Shown here: positions 28,040-41,373 of the stretch, one piece after another
Numbering within the stretch: position 1 is the stretch's first letter
Layout of the letters: each line of letters opens with the position of its first letter
Position numbers and translations under genes: made by a program
Origin: Neocallimastix sp. 'constans'
Taxonomy: Eukaryota
Length of the DNA: 64,000 nucleotides
NCBI GenBank assembly: GCA_050613775.1
Contig: JBODTK010000013.1
Location: forward strand, 62,001 to 126,000
Direction of reading: 5' to 3'
The notes under the pieces: model-generated
Database searches by the model: none
Told to the model about the DNA's origin: nothing
Seen by the model: the letters and a program-made list of their open reading frames with translations, nothing else

Positions 28040-28455
28040 CTAATAATAAATATTATAAGTGAAGAAAAAAAATTAAAAAACAATTATTTTATAATCAGAA
28101 ATCCTTATTTATTTTTTAAATAGCTTGTTTTCAAGAGAATGAAAGAAAAATATTGTTTAATGTTTTTAATAAATAAAAATAAAAATTATTAAAAAAATTT
28201 GACTAATTTATTAAAAATCAAAAAATTTTATTAAAAAGAATTGATTATTAATACTTACATATAACAATTAAAAAATTGTAAAGGAATATTATTATTCACA
28301 AAGTTATTATTAATAGTATTGAAAATAATTATTAAATTATAAATTAGTAAGTAAAAAAGAATATAATTAAATCATAATAGCTTTTTTATTAAAATATAAT
28401 TTGAATTAATAATTATTTAATCAAATACTAATTAAAATACTTCATTTCTAATGTC
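28040..28455 (-). repeat. Right arm of the inverted repeat (partner 22987-23400)
   Basis: Collinear reverse-complement similarity to 22987-23400. Confidence 0.75.
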
Positions 28456-29779
28456 ATTAACATTAATGATAATAATAATAAGGCTTAAAAAAATGAAAAT
28501 AAATTCAATTAAAAATTATTATTAGTAGTAATAAGTATTTTAATATGTTATAATTTAATAAAAACTTCACTTTTTTTTTGAAAAAAAAAAAAGAAATTGT
28601 AATTATAAATTTTATGAATTCAGTATTTAACTAAATTTTTTTTTAAATCAAAGTATATCTAAATAACTCTAAATACTGTAAATAAAACAATTACATAAAT
28701 TAATTATATTAGTATTAATATTATTCTTTTAGTAGAATTTACGAAATATTTATAATTTAATTTTATATTATAAAAAGAATATTTAATTCATAAAAACTAA
28801 AATATTAAATATTTTTAAGCATGATATAAGAAATTTAGTTTTCATGTAAGTATTTTATTGTATATCAGATATTATAAAATACAGATTTAAATAGGATGGT
28901 GAAAATATAAAATTAATATATTTACTAATTTATAAATATTAAGTACTGAATTTATATAAATATTAGATTAAATTTGCATTATAAAAAACAGTCTAAAGGA
29001 GTTGTTAGTCAATTTATATTAAATAAAACCATTACGGTCACAGCCAGTAGAACTACTAATCTTGGAAAAATTGTCTTCACAGAAAAGGGTGTTGGACAAA
29101 TTACATAGGAAATTGGAATTCAAATTTGGACCTAATGATTTCTAGGTTAGAGAAAATTAGATTATTTTACATGCCAGAAAGACAGGAGGATATACTAATA
29201 TATAATTACCAATTTTGTGAAAAGTATAAATCTCTTTTTTTATTATATAAGAATAAAGAATAGTATGTGTACATAATTTTATACTTTTTTATGGTATTCA
29301 TAGTAATCATAATATGTGGCTTTATATTACTATTGGTCACATATCTTACACTACTATATTAATTTATATAACATTACTCCTTTAATTAGTATAACAATGA
29401 ATCCTTATATTTTTTTTTTTAACATTCCCCCTCAAATCTAACTTTGAGTGAAAGCTAGAGTTGGAGAGAAATATTGCAAATTTATTACTATATAAAATAA
29501 TATTTTATTTTTAATAATAATAATACAAATAACATATTATAAAGTACATGAAAAAGATTTATTTTATTTTTATTTGTAAACTAAAGAAATTTTTTTATAT
29601 ATTTTAGATTCTAACGTTTCCCCTTACTTTCATATTGGATTGGGGTTATTTTTTTATTATTACTATTATTTATTAATCTTTCTTTACTTAAATTATTATT
29701 ATGTCTTTTTATCTTATTTTATTATTATTATTATTTTTTTATTTATATGAATCACTTTCTGGGAAATAATTTATTGTTT

Positions 29780-30194
29780 GATGATAGAAAATATTCATAG
29801 AACCATACATAGATTGAAGGTAATTTGGTATATCAGCCTTACCCTTAGCTTCTAATAATTCAATATTTTTAATAACTTCTTCATATAATAATTCATATTT
29901 ATCCTTCTTAATTTTATAAGATTGTTCATGTTCCCTTAATATTGAGGTAGCACGTCTACATTCTTGAATGCCATTAATTTCGGTACTTAATCTTTATTTT
30001 GTTTGAACAATTATTTGTGTAGTAATATCCATTTCAGTACGAACATTATTTTAATTGTAAACAGAATCTTCGGCATCACGAATACCTTTATCTAAGAAAG
30101 TTTTTAGCAATTCATGGAAGTTTTCCATAGCTGGTAAGTATAAATAATCAATATCTTTAGAACTTGAACTAAAAGAATAACTAACAAGATTTAA

Positions 30195-30229
<35 letters not shown>

Positions 30230-30475
30230 AACAACTTCATATCCTTTTAATTTTGCATCTTTAGATACAAAGGCAAATCGCTTTTGTTCGTTCATAGTAG
30301 TTTTCATACAATTAATCATCTTTTTAATATTGTCTTCGGTTGTTTGATATATATTTCTTCAATCTATTAAGTATATCAATAGTTGTATCAACCTTTGGAT
30401 CAATAGTTTTAACTGGTTAGAAAAAGCCAAATTGAGCGTTAACTTGTTCTTTAAAAACTTGATTAAAGCAAGCTG
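29780..30475 (-). pseudogene. Unidentified coding remnant inside copy 2
   Basis: The minus strand reads LNLVSYSFSSSSKDIDYLYLPAMENFHELLKTFLDKGIRDAEDSVYN*NNVRTEMDITTQ...ECRRATSILREHEQ, with GC-richer codon-like composition and in-frame stops. Absent from copy 1. Confidence 0.5.
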
Positions 30476-30689
30476 AAAATAAATAAAAAAAATTTACAAA
30501 ACTTTAACAATATATAATTTATAATATAGGTTTATTGTTGATTATTACATTTATATTAATATAATTTTTTTATATATATTGATTATATTAAGAGTATTGT
30601 ATATAGCTGTATTTAAATAATGTGTGTTTTTTATTATTATTATTTTTTTTTTCTTTTTTTTTTTACTAATTATATATAATAAAATTTAA

Positions 30690-31330
30690 TTCATTTGATA
30701 AAATACTGTATTTGTCATCATGTATTACTAGAATATCTCCATTAAATTAATTCTTATTTTTATGAAATAAATATAACACTGTTTTAAAATCTACAACGCA
30801 TTTGTCATTTATTTGTTAATTTAAAGTAATATTTTTAAATAATAATAAATTGTGAAGGATAAACGTAACTTCTTATTTTCAATAATATTAAAACACCATT
30901 ACGAAGATTCATCAGATGAATGAGTTAATTTCATAAAAATTCTTTCTCAAAAAGTCCTTTATTGGTAAATGTATTTATTGGTTATAAAATACCTCCAAAT
31001 TTATTCATAGGTTTTCTGGTGTTAACGATCATATTTTTAATAGCATTTAAATCTCCTACTTCTTTTTTATATATAAATATATATATGATTCCCATTTATA
31101 TTTAGATGTTAAGCATTGATTTGAAGCACCAAAATAATATATTATCAGGGTATTTTTGTGTTTTTCTAAAAACATTTTTATTCGTCATTGTTTTCATATG
31201 ATGCGGTAATCACAAATCAATATTGGATTATTGGAATATTTTTTATAAAGTTAGTATCATCTTTTAAAGATTACATATATTTCTTTCATGCCATAATATT
31301 TCAATCAAATTTGGATATTTATTTATAATT
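30690..31330 (-). pseudogene. Degenerate glycosyltransferase-like (GT-A type) cargo, copy 2
   Basis: Fragments YPNLIEILWHERNI, KYSNNPILICD, FGGIL*PINTFTNKGLFEKEF and WCFNIIENK. Their order matches my recollection of the bacterial GT-A domain (EIxW..KKLIP..YP..IITxDDD..GVLYP..FMKL..DD.W). Confidence 0.62.
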
Positions 31331-32599
31331 TACATACTTTATTTTTATATATTAATTATTTAAATTGTCTCCTTTAGTATTTAATAAAAAGATTCTTTTA
31401 GTGCTTCTTTATCTTTTAATTGTTTTAATTTATGAAAGTTTTTATTTGATTCACAATTAACTTAATATTCTTTTATTTTTAAGATATTTAAAATAAATAT
31501 TATTTACAGTAATACATTTTTTATTATTTTTACTTTTTTTTTTTTTAAACGAATAATTTATGAATATTTGGAGAATAATAAATAATTCAAATAATATATT
31601 TTAAATTATTTTATATAGATTATCTAAATGTAATCTTCCCTATTATTGTCATTGATATATATAAATGTGTTTTATATGAATAAATATGTCATTAAAAAAA
31701 AATATATTACAGGTTTCGAGATTTAACAAAAATTAGATTAATAAATTAATAAATGGTAAATTAGATTTTTATAAATATATATATTATTAATAATATAATT
31801 ATTTTTGAAAAAATTTTAAATTGTTATTAAAATTGATGGATTGATTTAAATATTATTGATTAAAGTTTAGCAAAAATAATTAAATTTATATTATTGATTG
31901 TATTTAATTTAATTTTAATTTAATAAATCATTAATATTATTTTTAATAGATTGATATAATTGGACATTTTAAAATTATTATAAATTAAAATTTGAAATGT
32001 ATTAAATTAAAATATTATAATAAATTAAAATTTTATTGATTATAAAAGTTTTGTTAAAAATAATTTCTCGGATACTTTAATATTAATTTATTTCTTGAAC
32101 ATTATTTGTTAAAATTTTAGTGTAAAACTTTAATTATTAAAATTTCTATTATTATATTTTCTGTGGATTGTTTCTAGTTTCAACGTTTATTATTTGTTAA
32201 TTTTTCTTGATGGTATTTTATTGTATATTAAAAATTAAGTTAATTCATAATATATGTATATTATATCTTTTATATTATTTTGAATTGTATAATGTCAGAA
32301 CGAATTTTGTGTGTGAGGATATATTATTTAATATTTAATAATTTTATTATTTTATTAATTATATATTTATTTATATTAAATATAAATTATGTTTATATTA
32401 TATATAAATGTTAATATTAATTTTTATAAATCATTTTTATTTGTCTCTTTTTCTATTAGTTGTTAATTTTTTATTTTATGTGTTTAATTAATATTTAGTT
32501 AAAAATAGTTTTTATTAATTAACTTGAATAAACAGATTATTTATAATTGATAATTCTTAGTCTTAATAACTTAAAATGACTATTATTTTAAATTTAATT

Positions 32600-32860
32600 A
32601 TTTAAAACTTCACTAGTTAGACTATTATTTTTATTTTCTATTATTGTCAATTTAGTTGATCTAGTTGACAATCATTTTATAGTTAATTATTTACAACTTA
32701 GATAAACTAATCAATAATTATTTTTATTTTTATTATTAATCAACCTAGCTAGTTGACAATTATTTTTATTTTATTATGAATTATTCACAACTTAGCTAGT
32801 TGACATTTATTTTTTATTTTCAATAATTCTCAACTTAGATAGACTAGTTGACTATTATTT
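32600..32860 (-). repeat. Leader hairpin array (GTCAACTAG..CTAAGTTG type)
   Basis: Repeated CAACTTAG..CTAGTTGAC on the plus strand; homologous to 58782-58985. Confidence 0.8.
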
Positions 32861-33383
32861 TATTTTAATATTTTCTTTTTATCTAATTATATGTATATGT
32901 ATTTATATCATTTTTTTATTTTTAGAAAATTAATAACTATGACCTATTACAATAAGCATTTTATTTTAAATTTTATATCCTTAACATTCTCACAATTGTT
33001 CTGTAATATTTTCTTATCGATATTGGTTATTACGATTTGTTTCTATAATAAATTTTATAAAAATAATAAAAAATATTTTTATTAGTTTAATTATTAATGA
33101 TAAAATGATTTTATATTTTATATATTTCAACTTAGCTTTATTGATAGCTCAACTGAAAAGTTGAGACTCTTAATCTGTTAAAAGTATAAACCTCTTTTTT
33201 ATTATATAAGAATAAAGAATAGTATATATACATAATTTTATACTTTTTTATGGTATTTATAGTAAATATAATATGTGGCTTTTTGTTTCTATTAGTCACA
33301 TATCTTATACTAATATATTAATTTATATAACATTACTCCTTTAATTAGTATAACAATAAATCTTTATATTTTTGTTTCTAGCA

Positions 33384-35960
33384 TACCCAATCAAGACATT
33401 ATTATATTTAAATAAAATATATAAAAAAAAATAATGTAGTTTTGATAAATAATATATATAATTAATTATAAAATTAATTATAATATATTATATATAAAAT
33501 TTTATAATAAAAATATATCCAATTTTCTAAACATTTTATTGCTTTTTAACAGATTAAGAGTCTCAACCTACAATTGAGCTCATTAAAAGTTAAGTTACAA
33601 TTTGAATAATAAAAATATATATATATTTGTATATTCATCTTATAAATTAATTGAAAAAACACTTTATTATTTTTAATATTCAACATTGTTTTTTATTTTT
33701 ATTTTTATATCTATCCATAAAAATATTTAACTTTGGATTAGCAAAGAATTAATATAATCTATTATAATGTTTATAATTAATTTTGTTTTATTCATAATAG
33801 CATCATCAAAATATATTACAGAAATATTTTGAATGACAAAACACCAACATGGTTAACATCAATAATGATATTACAACAAAATGGATAGTCTTAAACAGCC
33901 TTTGTGAAAAGACTCAAGACACTGTACTAGAATCAAACAAAACAGCTTTCGAATTGTGGAGAATTCTATAAAGATCAAACTATTACAGAACACAATGATA
34001 ACGATAAAAATAAAAACATAACAAACTCTGAATCAACCCATCAACTAGTTTTCTAACAATCAATGATAATGATAGAAGAAATAAAAGAAAAAATGAAGAT
34101 AATACAGTTAATACCACAATCAAAAAAACAAAAATTAGAAAAGACAATAAATAAAAATTTAGTGAACCACAAAATTATAAAGATATATTCAATCTACCAG
34201 ATAAAGATGAACTGATGAATGCAATAAAAGAAGAAATAAACAATATGAAGAATTTAAATGTTTTTCAAACAATAAACAATATTTCCAAAAAGGCCAACCT
34301 CATATCATGCAAATGGGTATTCAAATATAAACGTGATGAAAATGGAAATATAACAAAACGAAAGGCCAGGTTAGTTGAGAGAGGTTTCTCGCAATGTTTT
34401 GGTATTTATTAATCAAATACTTTTTCACCAACATTAAAACAAGAATCTCTTAGAATTATAGTTGCCCTATCTGTACAAAGAAATTTTGAAATATTTCAAA
34501 TTGACATTAACGCAGCATACTTAAATATTGACCTAGACATAGAAATTTATATGAAACCATCGGAAGGATACTCATCGGAAAACAAAGGCTTTTGGAAATT
34601 AAAGAAGGCACTTTATGGTCTTAAACAAGCAAGCTGCCAGTGGAACGAAAAATTAAATGAAACATTAATAGAAATAAATTTTAAAAGGCCCATTAGCGAA
34701 CCCTGTGTGTACATAAAAGAAAATAAAAACAAAGAAATTATTTATATATTAACAGTGTATGTAGATGACATTCTAATAATAGGTAAGAAAAATGAAATAT
34801 TAGATGTGAAAAATCAGATAAAAAATATTTATAAAATTAAAGATATAGGCTAAGTTGATTTCGTAATCGGTATAAAATTCGAAAAACAAAAGAACGGATA
34901 TATCTTACACAAAAAAGGATATATAAACGAATTAATTGAAAGATACAATTTATCAAATACTAAACCAATAAGCAATTTAAAACATGTAAATGAAATTAAA
35001 AATAGATGCAAAGCTTTCAATGAGACAAGTTATAGAAGTGCCATAGGAAACTTACTCTATTTGGCCGGATGTACAAGACCAGATATAATATTCTCAGTAG
35101 TCAGAGCTGCAAGAAAAAGTAAAAACCCAACAATAGAAGACTGGCACAATGTGAAGAAAATTATTATATATCTAAAAGGTACTATGAATTATAAAATAAA
35201 ATTTTAAAATAAAAAAACTTTAAGAGTTTTTGCTGATGCTGATTATGTCGGGGACGAAGAGACAAGGAAATCAACTTCAGGTTTCGTAATTATGATCGGT
35301 GACTCACCAACAAGTTGGTATTCAAAATTGCAACATGTCGTTGCTACTTCTACGGCGGAATCGGAATATATAAGTGTTAGTGATTATGCAAAACACAGTT
35401 TGTGGTATATGAACATTTTTAAAGAATTAAATATTAAAATAAAATCCGTGACTATAAATACTGATAATAAGGCCGCTATCTATAATTGCCAGAATAGAAT
35501 AATTAACTCAAAATCTAAACATATTGATATTAAATATCATCACGTAAGAGATTTAATAAGTAAAGGTAAAATAAAATTAAAATATATTAAGTCCAAGAAC
35601 AATCTAGCAGGTTGATTCACAAAATACCTAAATAGTATATCAATGGATAGATTCAGAAATAATTTACTTTTTAAAATCTGATAAAAAATAAGGAATAATA
35701 ATAATAACTATTAATTAAATCAAACTTTAATATCTAAGTAAAATTGAAAGTTAGATTTGAGGGGGAGTGTCAAATAATATAAAATTAATGTAAATTAAAA
35801 TAAGTTATTCTACCAGTAATATTTAAATAAGCATGTATATATATAAAGTAAAAATTATAACAAAATAAAAACCATCTTAAATTCTTAACAATAAATTATT
35901 TAATGTGTTGTTCTCATTTATTGTGTTTAATAAAAATAAAGCAAATAATTATTATGAAAT
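33384..35960 (+). mobile_element. Internally deleted or chimeric copia: partial LTR to 33551, PBS 33552-33565, gag scrap, RT-RNase H 34160-35680, PPT, LTR from 35768
   Basis: GATTAAGAGTCTCA; WVFKYKRD, YVDDILI and SWYSKLQ..STAESEY motifs; GATTTGAGGGGGAG|TG. Confidence 0.8.
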
Positions 35961-38000
35961 CAACCACATTTATTTAAATAATAATCAATTAATAGATGCC
36001 TTGGTCATTTTGACATTTCAAAAATCAAAGAAAAATTAAATTAATATCAACATAAAAGTTAAATGTCCAACATACATCAACTCTAAATTAAAAAATAAGT
36101 CTTATAGAATTTCAACAAACAAAACAAGTCAAATTTTAGGACTTATTAATATGGATCTTGTTGGATCTGTTATGAACTCCATTAACAGCAATAAATACTT
36201 TCTCACTATTTTAGATGACTATTCAAGATTCGTTTTGGTAATCTTCACTGAAAGTATAAATGAGGTATTCAATAAATTCATTATTTAGTACAATGAAATA
36301 TATAATTTAAAAAATATAACTATAAAAGCTATTCGCTCTGACAATTGAAAAAAATTTCAAAATGGTCATTTTAAAACTTTCTGTCAAAAAAATGGAATAA
36401 AACATCAATTCACCATTCCATATAATCCCTCTCAAAATGGTGGAGCAGAAAGATTTAATTGCATTCTTATTTCTTCTGCCAAAGCATTACTCAACGAAGC
36501 CAAACTTAGTCATGAATTTTGGGAGTATGCAGTCGATACTGCTAACTTCATTCATAATAGACTCTCCCACCAAGGTAATCAAAACAGAATTTCTTATGAA
36601 TTTTTCCATAACAAATCCATAGATTACAGTATTTTTCCAGTTTTTTGGATGCAAGGTCTACTTCTTTGTTCCAAAAGAACTTCGTTCAAAATCGATAACT
36701 CTCATACATGGCATCTTTCTTGGTTATAGTAACAACACTAATGGATATAAAGTGTATGATATTACAAATAATAAAATTATTTTAGCTCGTACAGTCGGAT
36801 TTATGGAAAATGAACCTGGAAATTCTTTTATAAACAAATATTTTACTAATAACGAATTTAGAGAGATAGCAAATATCAAGAAATTAAATCAGCACAATTA
36901 TTACAATAAAACTGACAATAAGAAAAACAAGACTAATGAATACATTTTTGATAAATATATAAATTCAAATAATAAAAAAGACACCAACACTTAAAAATAT
37001 AAATCAATACATCAACAAAAGCAATGACAAAAATAACAAAAGTAGTAATACTAATAATAATGATAATACTTCTATTATCAACAAAACAAATATCAGCGCA
37101 ATAAGAAATGAATCGACAAATAATAATAATGTTCAACATAACCTAAAAAGTATTAATAATGAACTTCACAACACAATAGAAAACAACAACATCAATAAAT
37201 CAACAAATACTCAGAAGGAAATTATATTATTAACAATTAATATAAAGAAAACAACAAAGATAAAAACAATTATTTTTTTGAAAGTACAAAAAGAAAATTA
37301 TGTATAAATTCATCAGATTCAAATAAAAGAAAAAAGGTAAGTAACTGTTAGAAACAAAAATATAAAAATTTATTATTATATTAATTAAAGGAGAAATGTT
37401 ATATAAATTAATATATTTGTATAAGATATGTGACCAATAGTAACAAATAGCCACATATTATATTTACTATAAATACCATAAAAAAGTATAAAATTATATA
37501 TATATACTATTCTTTATTCTTATATAATAAAAAAAATGAGATTTATACTTTTCACAGTAACACCGAAATCATGAAAATAAATCAATATAACAATACTCTG
37601 ATTGAACCCTACATTTTCAAAGATATATTCAAATTAAAAGATAAAAAGGAATGGTTGACTTCAGTAAAAGAAGAGCTGGACAACATAAAAAATAACATGA
37701 AGTTTTTTCAATAGTCGATAAGGTACCTTCAGGATCTAACATCATTTCTTCCAGGTGGGTATTTAACTATAAAAGGGATTCAAATGGTAAGGTAATCAAA
37801 AGAAAAGCAAGACTGGTCGCTAAGGAATACACTTAAGAATATGGAATCGACTATAAGGAAACGTTTGTATCTACGCTCAAACAGGATACTATTAGAATCA
37901 TTACAGTCATTGCAGTTAACATGAACTTCGAAATAAAACAAATAGATATTAATTCGGCCTATTTAAATACCCCTATGAATGAACAAATATCATGAAAGCC
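35960..38000 (+). pseudogene. pol: Degenerate integrase to RT fragment, interrupted by a solo LTR
   Basis: MDLVGS, ILDDYSR, PYNPSQNGGAERFN and RKARLVAK motifs, with stops and frameshifts. Confidence 0.85.
37346..37556 (+). mobile_element. Solo LTR (family B) with 5-bp TSD GTAAC
   Basis: GTAAC|TGTTAGAAAC...CTTTTCACA|GTAAC (TSD at 37341-37345 and 37557-37561). Confidence 0.92.
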
Positions 38001-40095
38001 TAAACCAGGAACATTTTTAGGATACTCTGAAAACCCTTCAGCCTACAAAATTTTAGATATTACTACTAATAAAATAATCTTATCAAGAACAGTTGCCTTT
38101 TTCGAATCCAATTCTGGAAATAGTTTTCTCAAAGAATGCTCACCTGAAATTTCCAATTTTATTCCAGATCACGAAATCAGGGGAGATAATACATATTATA
38201 ATAAAAAAATATATGATACCTATACATACGACATTAATCATAATATTCAACAAAAATTAAATAAAATTAATTATTCAAGTTCTAATAAATTTTTTAATCC
38301 AGATAACATCCTAAATAATTCACCTATATTAAATAATAACAATATACAAAATATATACGAAGATATAATCAATAAAATCAATAAAAATAATTCTAAGAAT
38401 AAAAGAAAAAATATATATACCTAAAAATTCCAATGTAATTTCTTCAGGATGGATTTTCAAATATAAGAGAAATGCAAATGGCGAGATAACAAAAAGAAAA
38501 GCAAGATTGGTAGTTCGAGATTTTACTCAAGAATTTGGAATAGATATTCATGATACTTTTGCACCAACGTTAAAACACGACTCTATCAGAATTCTAACTT
38601 CAATTGTTGCTCAAAATAATTTTAATATAGAACAATTTGATATAAACGCATCTTATCTTAATGCCAAAATAAGTGAAGATATTTATATGAAACTTCCCGA
38701 AGGTCACCCAGATTTTAATAAAAAATACTAGAAATTAAACAAAGCTATATATGGTTTGAAACAAAGTGGAAGAGAATGGAACAAAGAAATTAATAAATTC
38801 TTAACTAAAATAGGACTTAGAAGAATGGTAAGTGAACCATGTATATATGTAAAAAATGGTAAGAATAAAAACATTTTATGTATCGTCGGTATTTATGTTG
38901 ATGATATTTTAATCGCTGGAAAGGAAAAATGAAATTAAATGTATAAAAGAATATTTCAAAATAAAATATAAGATAAAAGAAATTGGCGATGTGGATTTCG
39001 TTATCGGAATAAAATTTGTTAAACACAAAATTGGATATTTTATAAATCAAAGAAGATACATTATAGAGGTTTTAGAAAAATTCAGTATGAACAATGAAAA
39101 GCTATTAAGAAATACAAAATCAATAATAGATGACAAACTTAGAAATATAAAGTTTAATCAAACTACTTACCGAAGTGCAATTGGAAATTTACTCTACATT
39201 GCTATATGTACCAGACATGATATTCCATTTTCAGTAAACAAAGCAGCACGAAAATCAAATAATCCCAATATGGAAGACTGGAACAATGTCGTAAGAATAC
39301 TAAGATATCTAAAAGGAACAACGAATTACGGGATAAACTATACAAGAAAACTAGGGATAGAAGCTTTTGTTGATGCCGATTTTGCAGGAAATACTGAGAC
39401 CAGAAGATTAACAATAGTTTTTTAGTAATCATGGGCAAAGCACCAACTAGCTGGTGTTCCAAGCTACAACACTATATATCAACATCTACTGCAGAATCGG
39501 AATATTATAGCTTAAGTGAATGTGGAAAGCACTGTATTTGGTATTTAAACTTAATGAAAGAATTATGTTATAATATTAAATATATTAAAATAAAAATATA
39601 TAACAAAGCTGCCATATTTAATAGTAAAAATCAATCCATTAATCCGAAGACAAAGCATATTGATATAAGAATACATTATATTAGAGAAATAATAAATAAA
39701 AATTATATAAAATTAGAATACATTCAATCACGAAATAATTTGGCCGATGGATTCACAAAATATTTGAACAACTCTCTTATAGAAAAGTTCAGAAATTCCT
39801 TATTATACAAAATGGAGGATTTAAAATTTTAATTCCAAAAATTATAATCAAAATTAAATAAATGTAACATCGAACCGAAGTTAAATTTGAAGAGGAGTGT
39901 TAAAATATATTTATTATGTTTTGATATATATTAACCAATCAATTAATTAATAAATATTATTCATGTATAACAGCTTTGTAAACAAATATGTTTTTCTTTA
40001 CCTCTATTTTTATAAAAAATATTAATAATATACTATCTATAATATAAATAAATTAAACTATTAAAAAATTAGATGAAATATTAGTGTGTCTAAAA
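38000..40095 (+). mobile_element. 3' part of a copia element closely related to 40257-46363 (end of integrase, internal deletion, RT-RNase H, PPT, LTR 39898-40095)
   Basis: High similarity to 43670-46363; GAAGAGGAG|TGTTAAAATATATTTA...GTGTCTAAAA. Confidence 0.88.
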
Positions 40096-40696
40096 AAACT
40101 ATCCTTTATCCAAAGTTAGATTTGAGGGAGATTGTTAGAATTATAATTATAAAGTTTAATAATTATATTAAGGGGTAATGTATTTTTTTAATATATTTAT
40201 GTAAGATATGTGACCAATAATAATAATAAGCTATATATTACGCTAACAATAAATACTGTTAAAATATATTTACTATATTTCATTTTATATTAACCAATCA
40301 ATTAGTTTAATAAATAATATTCATGTATAAAAGCTTTCTAAATGAATATGTTTTTCTTTAGTTCTATTTTTTATAAAAAAAAATATATTAATAAATAATA
40401 TAATATCTATAATATAAATAAATTAAACTATTATTTAATTATATAAATATTAATGTGTCTAAAAGATTAAGAGTCTCCATCTACTAATTGAGTTTGAATT
40501 AAAATAAAGTTAAGTTATAATATAAATTAAATTTTTCTATTTTTACCTTTCAATAAAACCAAAGAACTAATAAATTATTATTTTTATTATTTATTGTATT
40601 TTATTTATTACCGAATCAAATCCATAAGAAATAAAGATATTTTTTTTTTAATCTACAATAAATAAAATTATAGTTAAATTGTCAAATAATAAAATT

Positions 40697-40866
40697 AATA
40701 TCATCAAGATGAAAAATTTATTGTCAACTGATGATATTAATATTAAAAATAAAATAAACACAGTATCATCAAGATGAGAAATAAATAGTCAACTGATGAT
40801 ACTAATATTAAATTAAATTACATCTAATATCATCAAGATGAGAAATAAATAGTCAACTGATGGTAT
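40697..40866 (+). repeat. Three leader hairpin units TATCATCAAGATGA..GTCAACTGATG
   Basis: Read directly from the sequence. Confidence 0.88.
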
Positions 40867-41373
40867 TTAGATAAATTTGAAACTAAAATATTATTAATAT
40901 AAAAAATACAAATAAATTAAAATAATAATAAAAAAAATTAATTATATGTATTAAATAAAATTTTGAATAAATCACATTATGTAATATATCAAATATATTA
41001 AAATGAAATTATAAAACTAATCAATGAATAAAAAAATAAAAATCTAATCAAATAATAATCACCTTTTATTTAATCAAAATTAATAATAAATTAAATAATA
41101 TAAATGCCTTATTTATTAAATTTTTGTATTACAACACTAAATGAGATAAAAATAGTAACAAATTAATGAAATCAAATTTAAGTAAAAATTAAAATGAGAA
41201 TCTTTAATATAACAAATTAATACTAATAAATTAATAAAAATTAACAGAATTAAATATTATAATATTTTTTTAAAAAAAACTACTAAAATATTTTTATTAA
41301 TTGACATATTAAAAAAAACAGTTATAATTAATTTAAAACAATAATAAAAATTTAAGATTTCAAAGTACTCGAA

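Larger units (their letters stand above)
29216..33383 (-). mobile_element. Non-autonomous LTR retroelement copy 2 (5' LTR 33383-33176, PBS 33175-33162, leader, gag stub ~32220-32155, cargo, PPT 29445-29425, 3' LTR 29424-29216)
   Basis: Two similar ~208 bp TG...CA LTRs in the same orientation, PBS and PPT correctly placed, and no pol. No clean TSD found. Confidence 0.8.

Noticed and set aside
28990..29190. GC-richer patches (also ~24540-24720 and 54770-54900) as genes
   Set aside because: Short, interrupted by stops and not assignable by eye; probably decayed fragments.
29201..29215. TSD for the 29216-33383 element
   Set aside because: The immediate flanks are AATTT and TACCC. The nearby TACCAATT / TACCCAATC resemblance is imperfect and offset, so I did not accept it.
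33140..33176. tRNA-Lys gene (TAGCTCA...TGAGACTCTTAATCT on the plus strand)
   Set aside because: Only a 5'-half-like match with no T-arm or acceptor stem. It abuts an LTR, so it is the PBS read antisense.
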